Notes under the pieces: generated by a model
What the model saw: the letters and a program-made list of their open reading frames with translations, nothing else
What the model was told of the DNA's origin: nothing
Databases searched by the model: none
Virus record (IMG/VR): IMGVR_UViG_3300027852_000040
Span: 5,214-69,213 of that record
DNA: 64,000 nt
Strand: one strand, 5' to 3'
DNA from: a virus
Position numbers and translations under genes: made by a program
Shown here: positions 40,292 through 49,248 of the stretch, piece by piece
How positions within the stretch are numbered: position 1 is the stretch's first letter
How the letters are laid out: the number at the start of each line of letters is the position of its first letter

Positions 40292-41668
40292 ATGATAGAA
40301 GATAGTGGAAGTAATAAAGCTGATTATAACAAGTTATTTAAAAAATTCTTCAATTACGATTTACAGGGATGGCAAATTAGAGTTGCTAAGGAAAACTTCC
40401 CACTAAATCCCAATACTAGAATTCTTATTAAAAACGTTCGTGGTGGACGTAAGAGTACATTTTGTGATCTTACAGTACTCCTATATATGCTAACTGAGGA
40501 GGAGAAGTTTACTATTATATCTTCTGTATCTGGTGCACAATCATTGGAACATATTTCTAACATTAAAAAGTTAATGAGAGATATGGGAATATTAGAGGAT
40601 TATGTTGATCACTCTAAGCGGGAGAAAGTTGATCAATTTACACTAGTTAATGGTTGCAGATTACTTAGTATTCCACAATCACATCAACAAGTAGGAAAAC
40701 ATCCAGATTTCTTATATATAGACGAATTATCAAGAATTGAAGATAAATTCTTCTTTGAAACATTACATCCAATGTGTAGAGGTAGGGAAAGTTCAACAAT
40801 TGAAATTATATCATCATCTCCATATGGTTTAACTGGTGTATTTTCTGATATTTTTCATCATCAACGAGATATTTATAAAGTATATGACTTTTACACGGAA
40901 GATTGTCCGTGGATATCTCAAGAAACAATAGCTAGAGAGAGACAATTATATGAAGGTAGAGAAGCTATATTCCAACAAGAAATTTTAGGAATGTTTGTTA
41001 ACCCAGATACATTTGGAGTATTTCCACAGGAAAAATTAATGTCTAAAACTGGATTATTGGATGGTGATACATCTAATAAATTCATCATGGGCGTTGATTT
41101 AGGTAAAAAACACTCAAGAAGTGCAGTGATTATATTAGATAGTAATGGTATAATTAGGCATGTGTCGAGTTTTAGGTGGCCATGGGATAAGCAAATGGAA
41201 GAGTTATATGAAATTTTTAATAAGTGGAAACCTGAAACTATGATAATAGATTCTACTGGATTGGGAGATGTGTTTGTAGACATGATTCCATCGCCTTTAC
41301 GGGAATTTACTACACCGATGATTCTAACATCTAAATCAAAATCTGATATGGTGCACAATTTACGTACATTATTACAATTTGATGTTGTAAGATTTCCAAC
41401 AGAAGTTGCAAATATTGATGTTGTAATAAAAGAGTTGCGAAATTATGTATATACATCCATGGGTCAATATTCAAATTCAACTGGAGCTGTGGCGGGTTAT
41501 GATGATTTGGTATGTGCTTTGTATCTTGCTGCGCATGGAAAAATTAACATTATGGATGAGAAGAGTTGTGCTATAGATGAATTTGGTCAAATTGATTTAG
41601 ATATAGAAGAATCAAAAGTTGAAAATGTGGTTGGCATAATGAATGCTTATAGAAGTGATTCGGCATAA
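40292..41668 (+). CDS. terL: Terminase large subunit
   Basis: Walker A-like VRGGRKST, Walker B LYIDE, SSSPYG, RNase H-like GVDLG, DSTGLG, YDDLVCAL. Confidence 0.9.
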   Translation: MIEDSGSNKADYNKLFKKFFNYDLQGWQIRVAKENFPLNPNTRILIKNVRGGRKSTFCDLTVLLYMLTEEEKFTIISSVSGAQSLEHISNIKKLMRDMGILEDYVDHSKREKVDQFTLVNGCRLLSIPQSHQQVGKHPDFLYIDELSRIEDKFFFETLHPMCRGRESSTIEIISSSPYGLTGVFSDIFHHQRDIYKVYDFYTEDCPWISQETIARERQLYEGREAIFQQEILGMFVNPDTFGVFPQEKLMSKTGLLDGDTSNKFIMGVDLGKKHSRSAVIILDSNGIIRHVSSFRWPWDKQMEELYEIFNKWKPETMIIDSTGLGDVFVDMIPSPLREFTTPMILTSKSKSDMVHNLRTLLQFDVVRFPTEVANIDVVIKELRNYVYTSMGQYSNSTGAVAGYDDLVCALYLAAHGKINIMDEKSCAIDEFGQIDLDIEESKVENVVGIMNAYRSDSA

Positions 41669-41676
41669 CCACCCCA

Positions 41677-42537
41677 TCATCTCTTCCTTCTCAATATAAT
41701 CTTAGACATTAAACACGTATTATTCTGTTGACAATATCTACTACCAAATTCATAATCAGATTGGAATTTCATATTAACCACATCATATGGACACTGTACT
41801 ATCTTACCACTGGGAAATATATTAGCAAAATTACATTTAATATTTGGTAGTGATTTAGAACTCTCAAATACTCCACGCTTTGATATATGTATATCCATAT
41901 TTCCATTATACTCAGTTAGAAAATTATGTACTAACTTTTTATATTCAAGTACTGGCATTGTTAACTTAGTATCATTAAAAAATTCTTTATCTGGGTTATC
42001 CAATTCTCTAATACTTGATATAAAGAATACTTTGGAATCTAATACATCTTCAGAATATTTAGCAGTTTCTAAGAGTTCGTTTAATGTAGTTTCCGCTGAA
42101 ACCATATAATTAACATCAAATTTCATACCTTTTGTGATATTTGTTGCAACTTTTATCTTTCCATTCATACAATACACTGATAATCTCAGTTTAGCACCAT
42201 AAAAGTCTTCACTACTATATCTATTTATAAAGTAACCATTTGTATAAATAGTAGTCTTTATACCTAACTCTTTATTCAATTTACAAAACTTAGAAATATC
42301 TTTATGCAACAATGGTTCCCCACCAAGTATGTTTATTTGTTTTCCACCTTTATAATGAAAAGTATCTAGTATTTGTCTATACGTATCCATACTTATATCT
42401 TTCACATCACCATCTTTCATTACTTTTCTAGCGAAACAACCTTCACATTTTAAGTTGCATCGATTTGTTACAAATACCTGTAACGTTGGTCGACTTTCTA
42501 ACGGCATTTCTTTATATTTATTCCAGGGGAATTTCAT
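41677..42537 (-). CDS. Radical SAM protein with C-terminal Cys cluster (twitch/SPASM-like)
   Basis: CNLKCEGC, LGGEPLL, YTNG, C...SGKIVQC. Confidence 0.9.
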   Translation of the reverse strand: MKFPWNKYKEMPLESRPTLQVFVTNRCNLKCEGCFARKVMKDGDVKDISMDTYRQILDTFHYKGGKQINILGGEPLLHKDISKFCKLNKELGIKTTIYTNGYFINRYSSEDFYGAKLRLSVYCMNGKIKVATNITKGMKFDVNYMVSAETTLNELLETAKYSEDVLDSKVFFISSIRELDNPDKEFFNDTKLTMPVLEYKKLVHNFLTEYNGNMDIHISKRGVFESSKSLPNIKCNFANIFPSGKIVQCPYDVVNMKFQSDYEFGSRYCQQNNTCLMSKIILRRKR

Positions 42538-42587
42538 TTTTTAACATCTCCTTATTTTACTTAATACTTCTCTTATATCTTATATAT

Positions 42588-44252
42588 TCATTTATCATCA
42601 TTCCATCCTCCATCCCTTGATAATCTCTTCCTCAACGCTTCTCTTATATTTTTCATTATACTCTTTGATACACCTAATCTACTTTGGACTATATCATATT
42701 GATCTTTAAATGATATTTCATCTAAAGGTTTAAGTTCTAAATTTAATGTATTATATTCAATTTCTTCTAAATCTTCATTTATAATCGCATCAACTTCTAC
42801 TTTAAATTCTTCAAATTTTTCTCTAATTTTATTAAACTTAGCATCAACATTAATATCAATATTCGCCTTTATAATATCATAAATATCATAATGTTCCATA
42901 TGTGGCCTTAAGTTATATTGATGCTTGATGTGACTACATATACCATCAAATGTTAAATTATCTATCCATTTATCATATGTATCCTGTATTTCTCTCTCCC
43001 ATATCTTATTAGTAATTTCTACTAACTTATTCTCAATTTCTTCCTTAATACTTTTATTAAACTCAGATATAAAATTAAGATCAATATTATGATTCAATTG
43101 ATAAGAAATTTTAGCCAGTAACTTTGATTTAGATGAAATCGCAACATCTTCTATTAGTTGCTTTTTATCATCTGGCATTGGTTTTAGTGGTATTTCCATC
43201 AGTCTCATATATTCTACTAAATATGCTCCCAATCCAATTGGTTGGAGATTTCCACTATCATCCTTTAAAGTTTTACTAATAAAAAATGAACTCAATGATT
43301 CTAACTCATATGTCTTATTTCTCATCCATGTATCATAATCCATATCATCTAATAATCCATATCTTTTCATAAATTCTATTCTCTTTAATGCAATTGGATT
43401 ATTTAGAGGTCGTTTTGAATTCTCATCATTCGGTAATCCTAATAATTCTCCAACACTTGGATATAAACCTGCTACATATAAATTTGGATATTTATTATTT
43501 AAGTGTGGTGCTTCCTTTGATCCATACATAATTACTCTACTCATATCTATTCCATACGCATCTCCATCAGTAAATGAGATGATGTTTTTTCTAGTTTCAC
43601 CATTACCAAATCTATTAATTAATTTAGACACTGCTCGAGTAACATTTCCACCGGTAGTTTCTATAATTGAATTTGTAAGTGAACTAAATCCAATAGATGT
43701 TAGCCTTGTAGCTGCAGCAATCTTCTCAATATGTATAACATTTAAAGCATTTTTTGTTTGTTCATCAGTTAATACACTATCCGCAATATTTTCAGTCATA
43801 CCAATTTTTTTCTCAATATTTCCAAAATCTTTATCAAACTTATAAAAGATAAAACCTTTTGGAAAATTTCCCACAGTAAAAATCGACCTATTAATATCAC
43901 ATAACACTTCTGTTGTATTAATACCATGTAATACTGCATCATATATACCTTTAGTTCCGGTAAATGGCCGAACTAATTCTGGTTGCGTTCTAATAGTATA
44001 GTAGAATTCTCTCAACTCTAACTTCGACTTAAGTGATAATTCAATTATTGACTTTACCTGATTCATACCTATACCAGATAGATTGTAAATTTTATCTTGT
44101 TCTTTTAAATGAAATCCATTCTTATCATCAAAAAGTTCTACTTTGTTACCTCTATCATTTTTCACTTGTTGTGTTTTAAAGGTAGAATTTTTATTAAAAC
44201 ATTCTAATAAATCTTTCCTCTTATCAGAATTTTTACATTTATATTTACTCAT
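42588..44252 (-). CDS. Topoisomerase VI subunit A / Spo11-like protein with C-terminal helical extension
   Basis: LREFYY (catalytic Tyr), IEK, TOPRIM FTDGDAYG, YELESL; start reassigned to MSKYK after AAAGGAG. Confidence 0.8.
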   Translation of the reverse strand: MSKYKCKNSDKRKDLLECFNKNSTFKTQQVKNDRGNKVELFDDKNGFHLKEQDKIYNLSGIGMNQVKSIIELSLKSKLELREFYYTIRTQPELVRPFTGTKGIYDAVLHGINTTEVLCDINRSIFTVGNFPKGFIFYKFDKDFGNIEKKIGMTENIADSVLTDEQTKNALNVIHIEKIAAATRLTSIGFSSLTNSIIETTGGNVTRAVSKLINRFGNGETRKNIISFTDGDAYGIDMSRVIMYGSKEAPHLNNKYPNLYVAGLYPSVGELLGLPNDENSKRPLNNPIALKRIEFMKRYGLLDDMDYDTWMRNKTYELESLSSFFISKTLKDDSGNLQPIGLGAYLVEYMRLMEIPLKPMPDDKKQLIEDVAISSKSKLLAKISYQLNHNIDLNFISEFNKSIKEEIENKLVEITNKIWEREIQDTYDKWIDNLTFDGICSHIKHQYNLRPHMEHYDIYDIIKANIDINVDAKFNKIREKFEEFKVEVDAIINEDLEEIEYNTLNLELKPLDEISFKDQYDIVQSRLGVSKSIMKNIREALRKRLSRDGGWNDDK

Positions 44253-44280
44253 TCGTACAAATGCTCCTTTTAACTTTTTA

Positions 44281-44325
44281 TTATAAATAATATATATACA
44301 TTTAATCATACTTCAATCTTTTGTG
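44281..44325 (-). promoter_or_regulatory. Leftward promoter repeat
   Basis: CAAAAGATTGAAGTATGATTAAATGTATATATATT on - strand. Confidence 0.65.
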
Positions 44326-44436
44326 TACTTTATTACCACTAATTTCCAATCATATCATTAACATCTACTATAACCCAGATAATTTAACATATTAACAACT
44401 TTTATTCTTTGCAATATTAATATACAATTCATCTAT

Positions 44437-44555
44437 CGTTCTTGGATTTCTGATAATCACATGTTAATGAATTAATTTTAGAAAAACAATATATAGAGAA
44501 GTGATTTAAAATCAATATATAAAGAAGTGATTTTAATAAATCAACATGTAATGAC
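44437..44555. repeat. 119-bp intergenic element, copy B
   Basis: Direct repeat of 11991-12109, offset 32,446 bp. Confidence 0.9.
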
Positions 44556-44587
44556 TTAATTTAAAATATCAAAAATAAACTCATATA

Positions 44588-44658
44588 TGCGTCGACTAGG
44601 ATTTGAACCCAAACTTCAGGCTTGGAGTGCCCACGTCATACCATTAGACCATCGACGC
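44588..44658 (-). tRNA. tRNA-Gly(TCC), archaeal-type, non-canonical anticodon loop
   Basis: Acceptor GCGTCGA/TCGACGC, D-stem GTC/GAC, anticodon arm TGGGC-ACTCCAA-GCCTG, T loop TTCAAAT, A73, no CCA. Confidence 0.85.
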
Positions 44659-44664
44659 CACTGA

Positions 44665-45153
44665 TTATACTAAAAATAATTCCCTAAAATCCCACATCCC
44701 ATCTCTCATTCTAGGAATTTTAGTAATCTCCAATGTTTCACACATTCCATCTAATTCAATCCACTTAATAGACTTTCGACAATCAACTTCAGTCCATTTA
44801 ATTATTTGTTGCGCCGAAATAGAATACATCCTAAAATCTCTCGGCCTAGATCTATTGTTTATCAAAAATCGTCCAATTCCACCTAATTGATCAACCATGA
44901 GAACATTATATATCTGATGTTCTGCTATGTAGTCAAAATTATAAGAAGTTTTATTTCTACTACTCTTTGCTTCTAATCCATATACTATTCCTTCATGTAA
45001 TGCAATAAAGTCAAAAGGTACAACAGGTCGATATTTATGTGATTGATAAGAGGTAGCATCTGGTATTTTGAGAAACCATAGATGATTAATTTTCTCATTA
45101 TAATATCTAAGTGATTTTGATATTTCATATTCAAAATCTTTTCCACTATTCAT
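44665..45153 (-). CDS. RecU/Hjc-like Holliday junction resolvase
   Basis: GKDFE, PFDF, LEAKS, HQI. Confidence 0.8.
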   Translation of the reverse strand: MNSGKDFEYEISKSLRYYNEKINHLWFLKIPDATSYQSHKYRPVVPFDFIALHEGIVYGLEAKSSRNKTSYNFDYIAEHQIYNVLMVDQLGGIGRFLINNRSRPRDFRMYSISAQQIIKWTEVDCRKSIKWIELDGMCETLEITKIPRMRDGMWDFRELFLV

Positions 45154-46277
45154 ATCACAGTCACTTCTCTATCCTTATTACCCATTAACAAAATTTCTCG
45201 CTCAATACCATCATAAGCATGACTCATAAAGGTTGACCATATATCATCTTTATATACTTTCGTACTTAAAATTACACCGTCACCAAAACTATTAGCAATA
45301 TCTTTTTCCAATGTCCATGATGAAAGTGGATTTGATTTAACTATTATCTTACTATCATCATCATCTAAACTTTGAGTTTCATCAATATTAGTACCTCTAT
45401 ATAGTGTAATAATATCAGTATCAGGAAACATTTGATCTAAACATTTACGAGTAAAATTCTTTTGTATTTTAACGTATTCATCAACATCTTTTTTATTATA
45501 TGTTTTATATAAATCATTAGCTTCTTTATCATAATCATCAATAGCATCATGATGTCTAATTTCTCCACCAAATTGTCTTTTTATAGAATCTTTTAATAAT
45601 AAAGCTAATTTAGAAGAAGAACTATGTATCCACGAATTCCTAGAAGTTATATGAAAATTACTAATTTCAGTATTATCAATGTTATTATAAAATTCATCAA
45701 TACATTTCATCATATATTCAGATGATTTACCTTCTTTCATAATATTATTTAATTCATCTTTCATATAATCTGATAATACAATTTCTTTATTATCTTCATA
45801 TGAATTAATTGTAGATTCAATCTTATCTATGAGTTCTATACGTTTTGATGCTGTGTTTACAACTTTTTCACTTTTATCATTTAACATTTTATGTAAACCT
45901 TTTAGATTAATTTCCTGTGCTACCTCATTTCTAATAAATTCACTTTTATCATTTATCATTTTAAAGAGTCCGGATTGATTAATTTTATACACAACATGTT
46001 GTCTAATAGTAGTATTATTCACATTTACCATTTCATGTAAATCATGTTGACTTATTGAACCATCATCAATTAATTTCACCAATTTAGATTCGTCAACTTT
46101 TTTCCAATTTCCTACTCCACTTTCATCCTTTACTTCTCCTTCTCCCTGCCTAACATATCTAACAGCATAAAATGATCCACCTTTACCATGTATAAGTACC
46201 TTTTTAGGTACTAATTGTGATGATGCTGATGGTTTACCTTTATTTTGCTTTTCTATATCCATCTTTACTTTCACCAT
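45150..46277 (-). CDS. Leader + 3 helical repeats + ADP-ribosyltransferase-like domain (paralog 4)
   Basis: QLVPKKVLIHGKGGSFYAVRYV; LYRG...LSSWT...IEREILL. Confidence 0.8.
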   Translation of the reverse strand: MVKVKMDIEKQNKGKPSASSQLVPKKVLIHGKGGSFYAVRYVRQGEGEVKDESGVGNWKKVDESKLVKLIDDGSISQHDLHEMVNVNNTTIRQHVVYKINQSGLFKMINDKSEFIRNEVAQEINLKGLHKMLNDKSEKVVNTASKRIELIDKIESTINSYEDNKEIVLSDYMKDELNNIMKEGKSSEYMMKCIDEFYNNIDNTEISNFHITSRNSWIHSSSSKLALLLKDSIKRQFGGEIRHHDAIDDYDKEANDLYKTYNKKDVDEYVKIQKNFTRKCLDQMFPDTDIITLYRGTNIDETQSLDDDDSKIIVKSNPLSSWTLEKDIANSFGDGVILSTKVYKDDIWSTFMSHAYDGIEREILLMGNKDREVTVI

Positions 46278-46294
46278 ATATAATCACCTAAAAC

Positions 46295-46606
46295 TCAATC
46301 ATACTCATCTAATAACACTATATGACCATCACCTTCAGTATAAATGAATGACTTTAAAGAATTTACTCCCCCACTCTGAGGAACAGATTTGCCCAGTGTC
46401 ACTCTGAGAAATCCTCCAACGTATGGCGCGTTGTTAATATTTGTTCCTCTATAAGTTATTTCAATAACTTTACCGGAATGTTTGATTAGATTACTTAAGT
46501 GTATATTATTGTATAAACTTGATTGATGTGAATTTGTACAATTTCTATTTAATAGTCCAATCTTTGTACCTATTTGTATATCATTTGTGTATTGTATTAG
46601 TTTCAT
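46295..46606 (-). CDS. Hypothetical protein between two ART paralogs
   Basis: Start overlaps ART5 stop (ATGA). Confidence 0.6.
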   Translation of the reverse strand: MKLIQYTNDIQIGTKIGLLNRNCTNSHQSSLYNNIHLSNLIKHSGKVIEITYRGTNINNAPYVGGFLRVTLGKSVPQSGGVNSLKSFIYTEGDGHIVLLDEYD

Positions 46607-48120
46607 ATTATACTCACTTCTCTATCCTTATTTCCTATTAACAAAATCTCCCGCTCATTGCCTACATTCTCACCAATAAGCGCATGACTCATAAAAGTGG
46701 ACCATATATCATCTTTATGTACACTTGTGGCTAAAACTACTCCAGTTTCCCCAAATTCACTTGCTACTTCCCTACTTATTGTCCATGATGACAGTGGATT
46801 TGATTTAACGATTATTTTATTATTATCTTCATCATCATCATCATCAAAAGATTGAGTTTCAGCTTCAGTGGTGCCTCTATATATAGTAATATTATCAGTA
46901 TCAGGAAACATTTGATCTAAATATACACGAGTAAGATCTTTCTGTACCTTAACGTATTCATCTACTTCATTTTTATCATATCCCTTATATAATTCATTAA
47001 TTTCTTCTTCTTGATTCATAACACCACCATGGTGTCGTATTTCTCCACCAAATTGTCTTTTTACTGAATCTTTTAAGAGTAGTGCTAAATTAGTAGATGA
47101 ACCAATCTCCCATTCTTTTTTTGATCTTAAATGAAACGCACCAAATTTACTATTATTAATATTTTTATAAAATTCGTCAGTACATTTTACTATATTCACA
47201 CTTTTTCTTTCATTTTTCATAACAGCTACTATTTCATCTTTTACATATTTAGATAATTCAATTTTTTTATTCTTATCATATGAATCAATCATAGTTTTAA
47301 TAGTATCTATCGACTCCAATCGTTCATTTACTTGATCTCTTACACCTTTACTTTTATCGTGCATCATTTCATTTAGATCAGATTGTATAATTCTTTTAGT
47401 TACATTCTTTCTAACATCTTCACTTTCATCTTTCATCATTTTATGTAAACCACTTTGATCAATTCTATCTGTTACTTTTGATCTAACCTCTTCACTTTTA
47501 TCTTTCATTAATTTATGTAAACCGTCTTGATCAATTCTCATTGATACTATAGATCTAACATGCTCACTTTTATCGTTTAACATTTCATGTAAACCAGTTT
47601 GATCCATTCTTATTGCTATCACTCCTCTAATATCTTCACTTTCATCATTCATCATTTTATATATTCCAGTACGATCAATTTTACTTGCCACCGTCCCTCT
47701 AACATCTTCATTTACATCATTCATCATTTTATGTAAACCATCTTGATCAATTTTTTCCGCTACCACCACTCTAACATCTTTATCTTTATCGTTTATCATT
47801 TTATGTAAACCAGATTGATCAATTTGTTTTGCTACTGATATTTTAGTATGACCACTTACTCGATCAATCGCTTCATGTAATTGACTTTGATTTAATTTAC
47901 CACCAAAAATTAATCTAGCTATCTCATATTTATCCATGTCCCGTAAACTAGGTTGCTTACTATCATCGTCTTTCTCTTCACTTCCACTCATGGGATTAAC
48001 ATATCTAACAGCATAAAATGATCCACCTTTACCATGTACAAGTACTTTTTTAGGTACTAATTGGGATGATGATGATGGTTTATCTTTATTTTGCTTTTCT
48101 ATATCTATCTTTATACCCAT
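46603..48120 (-). CDS. Leader + 8 helical repeats + ADP-ribosyltransferase-like domain (paralog 5)
   Basis: Same leader; IYRG...LSSWT...NEREILL. Confidence 0.8.
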   Translation of the reverse strand: MGIKIDIEKQNKDKPSSSSQLVPKKVLVHGKGGSFYAVRYVNPMSGSEEKDDDSKQPSLRDMDKYEIARLIFGGKLNQSQLHEAIDRVSGHTKISVAKQIDQSGLHKMINDKDKDVRVVVAEKIDQDGLHKMMNDVNEDVRGTVASKIDRTGIYKMMNDESEDIRGVIAIRMDQTGLHEMLNDKSEHVRSIVSMRIDQDGLHKLMKDKSEEVRSKVTDRIDQSGLHKMMKDESEDVRKNVTKRIIQSDLNEMMHDKSKGVRDQVNERLESIDTIKTMIDSYDKNKKIELSKYVKDEIVAVMKNERKSVNIVKCTDEFYKNINNSKFGAFHLRSKKEWEIGSSTNLALLLKDSVKRQFGGEIRHHGGVMNQEEEINELYKGYDKNEVDEYVKVQKDLTRVYLDQMFPDTDNITIYRGTTEAETQSFDDDDDEDNNKIIVKSNPLSSWTISREVASEFGETGVVLATSVHKDDIWSTFMSHALIGENVGNEREILLIGNKDREVSII

Positions 48121-48126
48121 TTCCCA

Positions 48127-48309
48127 TCACTCTTTACTTATACGTATTGGTTTAACCAATCCCTTAATTGTAATTTCGTTAGTACTTTTACTTTTCCTCA
48201 CTTCCTTCTCTTTACTTTCAGTTTTACTCTCCTCTTTAGTATCCTCTTTACGACCAGCCTTTATCCAATCCGCACTTTTATCATTTAAATCTAATATTAT
48301 TGTTTTCAT
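48127..48309 (-). CDS. Small charged protein
   Basis: GGAGGTGA RBS; Lys/Glu-rich. Confidence 0.6.
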   Translation of the reverse strand: MKTIILDLNDKSADWIKAGRKEDTKEESKTESKEKEVRKSKSTNEITIKGLVKPIRISKE

Positions 48310-48340
48310 ATTATACTCACCTCCCTATCCTTGTTTCCAA

Positions 48341-49174
48341 TTATAAACATATACTCAAGAACTCATCCCGTAAACTATGTTCTTCAAATACTCCACGAAT
48401 TGCAGATGTATTAATGCCTGCCCCCAATTTTTTAATTCCTCTCATTCTCATACAATCATGTGCACCATTTACTAGTACCATTACACCCTGTGGTTGAATC
48501 CAGTGCATTAATGTATCAGCTAACACATTAGTAAACTCTTCTTGTGTAACTGGTTTAGTCGCCAATATATCAACTATTCTCTGATACTTAGATGTTCCAA
48601 TAATGTATTTCCCGGGAACTACCCCAATTTTAACATCTAATTCAACTGGTAACAAATGATGTGGACATAATGTAAAAGAGTGAGTATTAGCGGTAATAAG
48701 TTCATCTCCAGTAGATGTAAATAGTTCAATTACTTCTTCTATTTCTATATCCACATTTTTACCAATTCCACATATTTCTAAATATGCTCTACTGAAGCGT
48801 TTAGGTGTATCAATTAGATGATTGTATATATCCATCTTATTATCATTAACATCATCACCATATATAGCAGTTAATATATTTTTTGCTGCACTTTCCAATA
48901 AATGTAATGAATTTTTAATTTCATTACCATTCACATACATATGTGCAATTCTATGACAATCTCTACATAATAATACCATATCATCTAATTTAATTGGATT
49001 ATCTACCTTCCTATGTAAAATTAACTTATCTAAAAAAGCTTCTTCTCCACAATTCATACATTTATTTCCATATACTTCACAAAGATTAGATCTAAATTCA
49101 GATAATGGGATTTTTTTAAGATTTATATTATTATTATTATCAATATCATTTGTACTATTATCACTACTAATCAT
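48341..49174 (-). CDS. folE: GTP cyclohydrolase I with N-terminal HNH-like Zn domain
   Basis: DTPKRF, CPHHLLP, GTSKYQR, VTQE, HDCMRMRG; N-terminal CMNC...LLCRDCHRIAH. Confidence 0.9.
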   Translation of the reverse strand: MISSDNSTNDIDNNNNINLKKIPLSEFRSNLCEVYGNKCMNCGEEAFLDKLILHRKVDNPIKLDDMVLLCRDCHRIAHMYVNGNEIKNSLHLLESAAKNILTAIYGDDVNDNKMDIYNHLIDTPKRFSRAYLEICGIGKNVDIEIEEVIELFTSTGDELITANTHSFTLCPHHLLPVELDVKIGVVPGKYIIGTSKYQRIVDILATKPVTQEEFTNVLADTLMHWIQPQGVMVLVNGAHDCMRMRGIKKLGAGINTSAIRGVFEEHSLRDEFLSICL

Positions 49175-49248
49175 TTAACTTCTCCTTTATATAAATTAAC
49201 ATAAGAATGCATATAAAAGAAAATCAATGCATTCAATTTAAATCTCAC

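Noticed and set aside
44588-44658. tRNA as a provirus attachment site
   Set aside because: No integrase and no second tRNA 3' fragment seen; both flanks are viral
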